A stretch of DNA of 64,000 nt from Mytilus californianus (taxonomy: Eukaryota), in the NCBI RefSeq assembly GCF_021869535.1, contig NW_026262581.1, positions 135,842,001 through 135,906,000 on the forward strand, written 5' to 3'. Below the pieces are notes generated by a model that saw only the letters and a program-made list of their open reading frames with translations, searched no databases and was not told where the DNA came from. Each line of letters begins with the position of its first letter. Within the stretch, counting starts at the first letter, position 1. This document shows positions 12,641 through 23,011 of the stretch, piece by piece. The position numbers and the translations under genes were made by a program.

Positions 12641-13631
12641 AAAGAGATGTTGGTGGAATTCAATCATACGGTTTTTTTACTAGTAATTGCGTCTGTTAAA
12701 GCGATATTACTGAGTTGAAAAGTGGGCTATTGATGAATAATACAGATTTTCTTACCAGACACTGAACGTTAAATAAGAAACAAGTAAATCTTTCACTTGA
12801 AATTGTGTTAAAAATCTCGATATTACAGAGTTAAGTGAATTTCCTAGATTGTTTTTCCCAGCGCCTTTTGTATGGCCATTGGTTAAAGTTTAGAACTCAC
12901 ATCACTAGTTAGACATCGCCACATGTTATTGTGCTTTTCATCAGTCAAGACCCTGGCTTTGATTGTCCATTAATTCCATGAAATATTTTTTTGTATTGAT
13001 ATCAGAGATTTTGTTGTCTTTAAACCATTCATTGAAAACGTGTGTATGAGATTTAAGACTTCCCATTTGTGGTAATGACACTTATTTAAGACAGCATTGT
13101 ATATCTTAATGGTTGTTTGTCATTGACTTGTATTCCAGATATGAATAGCTTAACATGGTAAATTATTTTCACGGCCTAGATCTTAAATCTTGACACTGAA
13201 GTTAGTTCCGAACAAGGTCAGGTGATACCTACGAGATTGCAACGAATTTGCATCTAATCACTATTACTACATAGAAGCAAAATAATCAAAACATCTTCAA
13301 TGAGGCATGAAAATGAGATCCAGGTCAGAAGATAATTATTACATACAATTTCAAACTCAAAGATAACATCATGAAACAATAATTTACTAAAGGAACATTC
13401 GTAGACGCTCATTTAAACACCTTAACACAGCAATCCATGTCACACTTTCACCTGAAAGTTTCAAAACTATAATTAAATAATGTAGTATTCAAACATTTTT
13501 ATATTTCAAATACAAAAAAGATTAAATAAAAATGACTTTTTAAAATGTTTCCAAGTTTATTATCTCATAAACTATGAATGTTACAAAATTAAATTACTGA
13601 AAAACAATGAAAAAGATGTTCATGAAGACAG

Positions 13632-13856
13632 TTAATCTATTTTTTCTAAAAACCCTGCTTCTTTTAACAACTCGTCCCTAACTTCTGTCAGTATTTTCCC
13701 TAGTAAGTTTCTTCCTTTCCATGTTTCCTGGTTAAGAGCTTCTGGGTCATCTGATCGAAGTCCTATTCCCCAAATCTTATCATTTCGACTGGCCAACACC
13801 AAAGTCTTTGGGTAGGTTTTAATCAGGTGTTGTTTTAAGTCCTTATTCTGGGAATA
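13632..13856 (-). CDS. NADAR-1 (YbiA-like) last coding exon
   Basis: Acceptor TTTTCAG| at 13857, phase 0. Translates YSQNKDLKQHLIKTYPKTLVLASRNDKIWGIGLRSDDPEALNQETWKGRNLLGKILTEVRDELLKEAGFLEKID*, the NADAR C-terminal motifs D..WGIG and G.NLLG.IL..VR. AATAAA about 70 nt downstream (13556-13561). This exon is missing from the ORF track. Confidence 0.92.
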   Translation of the reverse strand, partial: YSQNKDLKQHLIKTYPKTLVLASRNDKIWGIGLRSDDPEALNQETWKGRNLLGKILTEVRDELLKEAGFLEKID

Positions 13857-13960
13857 CTGAAAAAATATTTAAGTACATACTTATGAAACTATTACAAATT
13901 GATATGCTTGTACTATAGTATTAAATTTTATTTTTCCTAAAAATATTCCTCTCAAACACA

Positions 13961-14200
13961 ACCGCCTTAATGGTCTCATATAAGTGTCCTCATTCAGAGT
14001 GTGGTTCGTGAGTTAGACCCCAATCGTGTCTAACCAGACTTAAAAAGACGTATGTGAGGCTTCTCCGCTTAGCCACGACTAGTCGGCTCGATGTCAGGTC
14101 AATTTTGCCGGGTATGCCTTCCTATGGCATGTAAGAAATTCGGCTCACCAAGACTTCTAGTATAAAGCAGGTTCACATATATCACATCATCACCATCACC
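13961..14200 (+). mobile_element. Degenerate tRNA-derived SINE
   Basis: Degenerate tRNA-like head followed by AACCAGACT..GCTTCTCCGCTTAGC..GCCGGGTATG body. Homologous to reverse copies at about 24200-24395 and 20300-21075. Confidence 0.55.
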
Positions 14201-15264
14201 GATAAAAACAAGAGGCTCGAAAGAGCCTGTGCCGCACACCTATGTCTTTGTGCATCCTCAACAATGAGCAAAAACACAAAAAAATCGTAAAATCGTAATT
14301 CAAGAGCAATAAAAGAACAAAGTCGTCCCCCCCCGCGTTGCACATATTTTATATATCCAAGGGCAATAGCAAACAAACCGAAGTTTAACGGTACAAAAGT
14401 AATGCACCGACACGAAGCCGGACGAATGGACTGATGGACATGGTGATTCCTATATAACCCTTAAACTTTTTTGGGGGGAGGGGATATGAAGAATTAAGCA
14501 ATCTGAGAAGTATACCAGAATACCATCAATCTAGCTATTTTCATGAATATATATTTTTATTTATAATCAAAAACAAATTGTAAATTCTTAGTGAAACTGG
14601 ATTTTCGAACTTGTCCGAGACATTGCTGAAAAAAGCTATAATACAAGTTTCATAAAAATTGGCAAAAATTGTACACATGAGAGCGCTAACAATGAAATTT
14701 TACATATAATTAATATTTCCAAGGGGCATAACTCTTTTAAAAATAGTTGATCGGCACTGATTTCATAACTCGTCCGAGACATTGCTGATATAAACCTATG
14801 AGACAAGTTTCATAAGAATCTGGCAAAAATTGTACACGTGAGAGCGCTAACAAGACCGGACAAACGGACGGACGCCCAGTATTTCTATGTCCCCCACAAC
14901 GCGTCGCGCGGAGGACAATAACTCAATTAAGAAGTCGACTGACGGTTATTAAACGTATTTGTAGATCTTGTCTTGCTGGTCAGTTTTGCTTTTAAACGTT
15001 TCTATCTATCTATTAAAGTATTGAGATATTTTAGGCAAAAATACAAAAAATGAAAAAAAGTCGTCAATAAAGGACAATAACTCCAATAAGGGATCGACTG
15101 ACAATTTCAACCAGCTGACTTATTTGTAGATCTCGTCTTGCTGATCCTTTATGCTATAAAAAGTTTCCCTCTGTCTATTATAGTTTTCAAGATAATATGC
15201 ATTTATTTATTGAAAAGGGGTAAAATTTGTCATTAAAGGTAACAGGTACATAAAAAAAGAAAAC

Positions 15265-15590
15265 AACACGCGTCCGAAGCGCTTTTCTTGATTTACCTTC
15301 ATCAGGAACGCTCAATACCAATTAATTGAAAGCCAATGATGTACAAGAACCGAAGCAGTTGAAGAGCTATACGACCAAAAAGGAGCTAAAAATAGCCCAA
15401 TCTATCTAAAGTCAACTTTGCCTGAGGTAGTTGAAACCTTAGTTTCGAAATAATTTCAAAATTTATAAATGGACAATTTTAGAAAGGTTTGTTATAAATC
15501 ATGTCAGTACTTCGTACTGAGCTGATGAGACACTCGGGGACTGATAGTACACCAGCAGAGGTATCGACCCAGTGCTGTATAAAATGAAAA
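15265..15590 (-). mobile_element. Penelope-like/retrozyme-type non-autonomous repeat
   Basis: Homologous to 5430-5590 (GAAGA.CTAT..GACC, AATCTATCTAAAGTCAAC); carries a hammerhead core at its end. Confidence 0.55.
15270..15311 (-). ncRNA. Minimal type I hammerhead ribozyme motif
   Basis: Minus strand reads GCGTTC-CTGATGA-aggtaaatcaa-GAAA-AGCGCTT-C-GGACGC. It has an intact catalytic core, a 6-bp stem I (GCGTTC/GGACGC), a palindromic stem III (AAGCGCTT) and a UUC cleavage triplet. Stem II is poorly paired. Confidence 0.7.
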
Positions 15591-16019
15591 CAACACGTTA
15601 TAAATTTCATGCCTCCGAAGCGTAAATGGCTAATCTCACGGGATTTTATGAAATTTTGCATACAACTAGAGCATGACGGACTGCACATGAACATCAAAAC
15701 AGTTATAGATATAACTTTATACTTTCTGAGATAAAGCAAATAAAATATTCGAAAAATAGTAGTACAAATGTATAGAATACACGTAAATATCGTTAAAAAG
15801 TTCAGCAATTTTGACTTAAAATTAACTTTTCTCGAAATCCTGTTCTACGAATTTTGTTTAAAAAATTATGTTATTGCTACTGAAATTTCCGTTTTATTGA
15901 TATAAAATTTATAGGGGGTCACCGAATTCGTTTTTTGATCATGAAAAGTTGAATCTTCTGTACAGCGTAGAAAAACCGCCGAAAAGGCAAAAATAATCGT
16001 GACGTCGTCGATAGAAATG

Positions 16020-16365
16020 TTATTATTTTCGACTTTTTAAGATGTTATAAAGAGACTGGAGTAATTTATACAGCAAAAACGAATTAGGTGATCCCCTATA
16101 ATTTTCATATTCATAAAACGGAAATGTTAGTGGTAATAACGTATCAATTTTAAAGAAAATTCGTAGGGCTGTTCGTTGCGGAATGACGGAATGACGGATA
16201 AGGGTAAAACTATATGGCCCCGAGCTCTTTATGGCGGGGCCATAAAAATAGCTTTGGCCCAGTACTTTCATGAAGATTTTTGTAAAAGTTACCGGACGAC
16301 GCTGGACGACGGATGCCAAGTGATGAGAAAAGCTCACTTGGTCCTTTTGGCCAGGTGAGCTAAAA
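16020..16365. mobile_element. Ends of Helentron/DINE-like elements (…GCTCACTTGGTCCTTTTGGCCAGGTGAGCTAAAA family)
   Basis: The same terminus appears at about 17270-17310 and 31600-31695, and inverted at 41180-41280; (GACG)-rich microsatellite-like block adjacent. Confidence 0.6.
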
Positions 16366-17634
16366 TGTCAACGTGTTAGCAAGTTGTTTTGAATGATTAA
16401 TTAACTCGTTTGCAGCTTATTCGCCTATATGCTGTTTAAATGACTTCGAGTTTACTTCAGGTCATTTAGTTCACTCAAATATTTTCTATCATGATGAGGA
16501 AGTTTTCATGTTTTTTCACTGCAATTGTCGTTAACACTTGAAAACTTAAAGATTCCTCCATCACAACTTCCTTACCAGCTAAATAATATAAGTGCATACA
16601 TCATTTACAAACATTTGCGCCATCCAAAAGCTAAGAAAATCCTTTTCGGAACCATATGGTATCTATTACCACATATAACACATCTTTAACCTTTAAATAA
16701 GCTAAATATATAGACAAGTTTTTAGACCGCTTACTAATTGACGACAAAGACGGACGGTGGATACTAAATGAAGGAAGGCGATAGCTAACACCGACATCAT
16801 GAGCCTATGATGCATAAAGTCTCTATCAATTAAATCAATAAACATGCTTAATACTTACTACATATTAGAAGCAGATTCTGGGTGTCGTTTTCATATTACC
16901 TCTAAAAATAGCGATACAGACATGCAGGAATATTTCTCTTGAAAATATTGATTTAATGGTTACAGTGAGTTTTCAAAGTTTGGATCATGAAAATGAAAGA
17001 ACGGACATATGTCGGATGGAAACTTCAGATTAAAAGGCATCTGTATACAAGATATGGATTATCCAATTTATTATTTTAGATCTTGACATCCACAGCATGT
17101 CTTTTATGTCAGATTTTCTTTATCTATAACAGCTTTCAAATTATAAGACAAAACCTGCATTTTACTCCTATGTTCTATTTTCAGCAATGTCGACCATGTT
17201 GTTTAAAAGGAGGGATAATCACGCCTGCCACGCCCCCGCCTGAATCCGACCCTGCACCAAGTGATGGGTATAGCTTACACTGGCGCTTTGAGCCAGGTGA
17301 GCTGAAAAGCATCCATGATTGAAGAATTCACACAAATATTATTTGACATATCGTCCAAAAATCGTCAATGATTGCTGATGCATCCTGCAAAATCAAGAAA
17401 AACAAATTCTACGATTGCGTCACGATTGCAATTCGATATGTACTGCACTCCAGCGTTCAATTTCCAAATGCACTTTGCTTCTCAACCACCCGTGATGGGA
17501 TAGTGTCACGCTCTCTGTATCTTTGTAACAACTCTTTTTTTATGGTCTGCAGGTGGCATCGAAATGACAAATGTAAAAGAATTCAAACGAGAAAACTAAC
17601 GGCCTGATTTATGTACAAAACAATAACCGAAAAA

Positions 17635-18470
17635 CGCGTAGGGAATCCAGCAATTCACTCAGGTAACCTCTCACGTAGGGAATCCAACAATTCCTAAAAT
17701 AACTAACCTCAGGTATGATGTTAACCTCTCAAGTAGGGATTCCAACAATTCCTGAAATAACTAATTTTAGGTTTGGAGGCAAGCAACCTTTCACTTAGAG
17801 TATTCTATAACTCCGAAAGTAACTATCATCGGGTTTCGTTAAACTCTAAACGTAGGGAATCCCATGATTTATGATTACCATCTTTACATGTCCTCACGTA
17901 CAGAGTTCTTACAATTACTGAAACAAATGGTGGCATCCTTTATTTTCTTTTCATAAAGGGAATCCCAATATATCGGGAATAACTTATCTTAGCCATGGTG
18001 GCAATCTTTACTATATGTCTTCACGTACAGAAGCCCACAACTTCTGGAAACTTATCTTAGCCATGGTGGCGCTCTTTACTATCGGTCTTCACGTACAGAA
18101 GCCCACAACTTCTGGAATAACTTACCTTAGCCATGGTGGCGCTCTTTACTATAGGTCTTCACGTACAGAAGCCCACAACTTCCGGAATAACTTACCTTAG
18201 CCATGGTGGCGCTCTTTACTATAGGTCTCCACTTACAGAAGCCCATAACTTCTGGAATAACTTACCTTAGCCATGGTGGCACCCTTTACTATAGGTCTTC
18301 ACTTACAGAAGCCAACAACTTCTGGAATAACTTACCTTAGCCATGGTGGCGCTCTTTACAATAGGTCTTCACGTACAAAAACCCACAACTTCTGGGATAA
18401 CTTACCTTAGCCATTGTGGCGCTCTTTACTATTTCCTCACATACAGAATCCCACAACTTCTGATCAAACT
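17635..18470. repeat. 70-bp minisatellite derived from the NADAR-1 exon-2 3' end plus splice donor
   Basis: CTTACCTTAG recurs at 18121, 18191, 18261, 18331 and 18401 (the true donor); CTTATCTTAG at 17983 and 18051. Shorter, more diverged units continue to about 17635. Confidence 0.9.
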
Positions 18471-18557
18471 TTGGAATCAATCTTCCAAGTCTTTTCTGTT
18501 CTGCAGGATTCTTTTCTGACATTATTGCTTCAGATATCCAATCACACTTTAGTATTT
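18406..18557 (-). CDS. NADAR-1 middle coding exon
   Basis: Acceptor TTTTAG| at 18558 (phase 1) and donor AAG|GTAAG at 18405 (phase 0). Translates (K)ILKCDWISEAIMSEKNPAEQKRLGRLIPKFDQKLWDSVCEEIVKSATMAK, matching the NADAR P...K.LGR...FD...W motif. Confidence 0.9.
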
Positions 18558-18987
18558 CTAAAACAAAATAATATTTTTTTTTCATCTTTGATATTTCTTT
18601 CTTTTTCAGAAGCCACTGGACGTTAAGCAACCAACAATCAATCAATCAATATTTTTCAGAAATTCAGTTGTCAAGGAACATAAATTTGTATTACAAGTTA
18701 TGAATGTTCTATCAGAGCAACAGCAGAGGTTTAAAAATTTTAGAACCATTCATTCAGCTTGAGCCAAATCATGTCAAACAGCTCACATAACGGTATCAAA
18801 TAAAATCATTTGTTTATTTTCTAATAAAATGGCCTATGAGAAGTATAAACTATATCAATAATCATAAGAATATATAAGAAGGAAAGCTGCATGATAAATA
18901 TTTAAGGTGCAAAACAAATTTAGCAACATACAGTGACGGAATACATTTGAACTGTTATAAACCTAACTGTAAATATCACAAACTCAC

Positions 18988-19333
18988 TTGCTTTTCTAAA
19001 CATCATGTATTGTTCTGCGCAGTTAAATTTACGACCATCAACTGAGAACTCTGATGGATACCACTGACTGAAAGGTGAACTTTGTCTAAAGAAATACACA
19101 AAGTCATCTGTCTCTTTGTGCTCGAAGTCACCACGTGGTTTGTTCAATCCTGGTTTATGTCCACTTCCTGTACGTTTATTGTTAGTAGGTGAAGGAGTCC
19201 ATCGGTCCCAGTCTCTGTATCCCCAGTTCAAATTAGAGTAACCCCAGTTACTATAACAACCAGGAAACATATAAGCGTTATATCCACCAGTCTGGAGTCT
19301 GTTATTACGTCGTTTGTCTGTATATGCTGTCAT
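18988..19333 (-). CDS. NADAR-1 first identifiable coding exon
   Basis: Acceptor TTTTCAG| directly before the ATG. G/Y/W/N-rich leader, then DDFVYFFRQSSPFSQWYPSEFSVDGRKFNCAEQYMMFRKA; donor GCAA|GTGAGT at 18987 (phase 1). Confidence 0.9.
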
Positions 19334-20299
19334 CTGAAAATTGAATATTTAATAATACTAATAAATCATACTTGGTTTTCAAATCAAACGAACGAACAAT
19401 CGTCAGGTCTGAATGGAGACATCTAATGTCCCCACTGGCTGTAGGGTGAATTACACTCTCTCTACACCCTCGCAACAACTAAATGAATAGGCCCTCTCCC
19501 TATCCAACATACCCATCATTTTTTCAGTGGTAGCTCATATCCCCCCTCAGTTGTCACAGTCTGCCTACCTGGTAGAACCTACATATTGTAATAATTGTTA
19601 ATTTGATCTCGTCCAGAATATGTATGAAATATTTGCCACTGGAAGTTATTCAATCAGCTATCAATCAGTCTATCAAAAGAAGAGCAGTTTCGAAAACACT
19701 GTTACCGACGTGTTATATAAACGATCAAATGATTGGTGTTGGTTAACTTCCAATATCGGCAAATATGATATCCATATCCAAGACGAGAACAAATAAGTGA
19801 TACGATAGTGTTTTAGTTTAGCGGAGAAATGTTTGTCATGCAACGGTCTTCTGACCGACCCCACAAAAAGTTGTTAACACGCATTTTATTTAAAGCGTAG
19901 AGAGATTTAATTTGCGCCTACTCCGACCGGACTTGACAATTTACAAAATGGGAAATAAAACATTTATGTATCCCATACAACTAAATGGACTTTCCCCTTG
20001 GCACTGTACGGAAAAGTCCACATGACCATATTTTTGTATTCAAGTCAAAATTCGCGGTCTTTTGCTGGTGTTTATGATATATTGAAAATTGTTTGACTGT
20101 TTACTGTTTTTATTATTACTTTGTGGATTGTTGATATACGTCCGATTACATTAAATAAATTTTACAATAAAAATTCAGGACAGTATACCGGTACTGGATT
20201 ATGTTAATTGTCAGTAATTAACATATCACGGTACAGAGAGTGGGCTGATAACAGCAATGAAAAAGAAAGACGTGTGATTATAGATTTATGGTCGTTTTG

Positions 20300-21075
20300 G
20301 GTAAGATAAAGATCATAAAGTTTGCCTTACACTGACAGTACACCTACCGACCAATTAAAAGGTTTTTTTTAAGTGTTCACAAGATAACAGTCCGCAGGAA
20401 GACATGCCACAAACCCGGTCACATTAGTGTTCACAAGATAACAGTCCTCAGGAAGACATGCCACATACCCGGTCACATTAGTGTTCACAAGATAACAGTC
20501 CTCAGGAAGACATGCCACATACCCGGTCACATTAGTGTTCACAAGATAACAGTCCTCAGGAAGACATGCCACATACCCGGTCACATTAGTGTTCACAAGA
20601 TAACAGTCCTCAGGAAGACATGCCACATACCCGGTCACATTAGTGTTCACAAGATAACAGTCCGTAGGAAGACATGCCACATACGCTGTCACATTAGTGT
20701 TCACAAGATAACAGTCCTCAGGAAGACATGCCACATACCCGGTCACATTAGTGTTCACAAGATAACAGTCCTCAGGAAGACATGCCACATACCCTATCAC
20801 ATTAGTGTTCACAAGATAACAGTCCTCAGGAAGACATGCCACATACCCGGTCACATTAGTGTTCACAAGATAACAGTCCTCAGGAAGACATGCCACATAC
20901 CCGGTCACATTAGTGTAACAAGATAACAGTCCGCACGAAGACATGCCACATACCTGGTAACATTAGTATGACTATGAGTCAAGCAGTTGTATTCTTAAAA
21001 CTTGTTTTAGAAGATAAACAAATGTCTATTTGTAAGTCTTTGGTTTGAACCTCTGGGAATTGAACCGCTTAATGA
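20300..21075 (-). mobile_element. tRNA-derived SINE with internal tandem expansion
   Basis: Minus strand has a B-box-like GGTTCAATTCCC followed by GTTCAAACCAAAGACT, as in the other SINE copies (13961-14200, 24200-24395). The array unit contains CCGGGTATG..CTTCCT, shared with 14105-14125. Confidence 0.6.
20370..20965. repeat. 54-bp minisatellite, about 11 copies
   Basis: Unit TTAGTGTTCACAAGATAACAGTCCTCAGGAAGACATGCCACATACCCGGTCACA; copies are highly homogeneous. Confidence 0.95.
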
Positions 21076-21964
21076 GTTATGAATATAAACTTCGGATTCG
21101 AAAAGTGTTTTAGAAGCGTTCAGTTTTATTCCTTTTTAACTTTATTCACAACACTGAATATTTGCTTTTGTCACGACTGGTTGATTATAATTGTTTGTAT
21201 AAATAACGTCCACATACAAATATGTCATGCATTTTCGCGAAGAAATTGTGTCACGATGAGGAAATCGAGTTATATATTTTAATACTAAACTAATTTGAAG
21301 ATATTAAACTTACAGTATAAATATAAAGTTATTACAAACAGTAATAGATAAACATGCAGTTGCTCCTAGCTGCTGAAGTATATTGATTTTACATATCCCC
21401 CAGTGGGCTTCCATGGTGTCATATTTATTTGGACTACCATAAATTTTAATCATGTCCACGCAATAATATTTGTAGTCTGTTCCCACCCACCCCCATTTCC
21501 CCTCTCCCCGGGCCCCTGTTTAATATATTTCCACCCTGCCATTTACGATATGGTCTCTTTTTCTAAATAAACGTTAAATAATAATATTTACACGCAAAGT
21601 TACTTGGAAAGTTAATGGGGAAAAAGTATAAGGTAGTATTTCATCAAAGGAGCATACCTCAATGTACCTTAATTCTTTAAACTACTGTTGCTATTTAACG
21701 TAGCAGCAATTTATATATAATTGGTAATTAGCAGACTATGTTATAAATTTCTCAGGCCGGACGGAAAGCAAAACGAGGGGTAGGCATAGTATATGTGCCT
21801 CATACCCCTCCCCCTTTCAAACAAAATCAAACAAGCAAACAAAACCTGAAAATCTCCAAAAAACTGTAATAAAAAAGCGTGGTTTCAAAGCTTTTCTAGA
21901 CATTGTTGATTGCATTAACATTTATTCTAATATAGACATTTTTTTGCTAAATTATAAATGCAAT

Positions 21965-22212
21965 TTAGCATGAATAGAAGTATCTAAGGAATCCTCTGAA
22001 ATATTCTAAGCGGCAAGAAATGGTCTTCTCCTTTTTATCATTTCTATAAATAGAGGTCTTAAACTTGCCGACAGCATAGCAGTAGCAACAATCTCCAAGT
22101 GGGCAACCACAACCAATCTTATCCGCTGTCGTTGTTCCTGTATCATAATAACCTTTGATTCATGCAAATGAGGTTATTGCCATAAAACTAGAGGACCTGC
22201 TACAAGTCTCAT
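21965..22212 (-). pseudogene. Possible disrupted secreted cysteine-rich peptide gene
   Basis: With one 1-nt frameshift and one TGA (22162-22160) it reads MRLVAGPLVFMAITSFA*IKGYYDTGTTTADKIGCGCPLGDCCYCYAVGKFKTSIYRNDKKEKTISCRLEYFRGFLRYFYSC*. No family recognised. Confidence 0.3.
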
Positions 22213-22291
22213 ATTTCAAAGGAATTCAAGCTTACACGTAATACATATACACAAGTCAAATTCATTTGAGTCAATTATGTTTTTGAATGAA

Positions 22292-22447
22292 CATAGGCAG
22301 ATCCAGGGGGGCCTGGGGGCCCGGGCCCCCCTTTCGTGGGAAAAATTTGGTTGATTATATAGGGAATCACTGAAGCATGACTGGAGCGGGCCCCCCTTAG
22401 GTCAGGCAGTAGTCCCCCTCTTATGAAAAGTTCTGGATCCGCCACTG
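22292..22447. mobile_element. MITE with CAG(T/G)GGCGGATCCAG-type termini
   Basis: CATAGGCAGATCCAG ... CTGGATCCGCCACTG with a GC-rich interior; ATGAA flanks both sides. Related copy at 40911-41066. Confidence 0.75.
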
Positions 22448-22876
22448 ATGAATATCAAAAAGATGGTTTTAAAACTGGCGTTTGACAGGAAATAATCTAG
22501 ATTGAGTGTTATTCGTAAATCAAGCTATACAATATCATAATTGTGTATGACCTACATAAATTAAATTCAGTCTTACCTTTGTACAGTAGTTTTGTCCTTT
22601 CGTTTTCAGGCACGATGCTGTAAAGGGAAGTTTTAGAAAGGGGAGTGGAACTACATTATTGTGACTTCAAGGACGCTCCACGAAAGAAGATGAAACGACA
22701 CGTGTGAAACAATAAGGTATTAGTAAGTCCACCATATACTGTCGATTAAAGGTATTTTTAACTGCAATATTGTATTAAAAAATAGGATGACCGTTGATAT
22801 TGAGAATTACACGAAAAATCTTCTTTACTTTAATTATCTTTAAAATTTAGCAAGACGATATGAAAGCTTACAGTTG

Positions 22877-23011
22877 NNNNNNNNNNNNNNNNNNNNNNNN
22901 NNNNNNNNNNNNNNNNNNNNNNNNNNNNNNNNNNNNNNNNNNNNNNNNNNNNNNNNNNNNNNNNNNNNNNNNNNNNNNNNNNNNNNNNNNNNNNNNNNNN
23001 NNNNNNNNNNN
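22877..23011. other. Assembly gap (135 N)
   Basis: Run of N. Confidence 1.

Noticed and set aside
12391-12699. ORFs containing CLSV/RQTD repeats
   Set aside because: Translation of the (GACA)n microsatellite in a Helentron-like element.
15523-15550. CTGATGAG motif as a second hammerhead
   Set aside because: No GAAA partner at a suitable distance.
20369-20944. 191-aa ORF of (VNTNVTGYVACLPEDCYL)n as a real repeat protein
   Set aside because: The unit derives from the body of a SINE and is a multiple of 3 without stops by chance. The ORF has no unique N- or C-terminal sequence, and its ATG comes from a frameshifted unit.
22577-22700. Candidate non-coding first exon of NADAR-1 (minus-strand donor AAG|GTAAGA at about 22576)
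   Set aside because: A single donor-like motif next to an assembly gap is insufficient to call an exon without transcript data.
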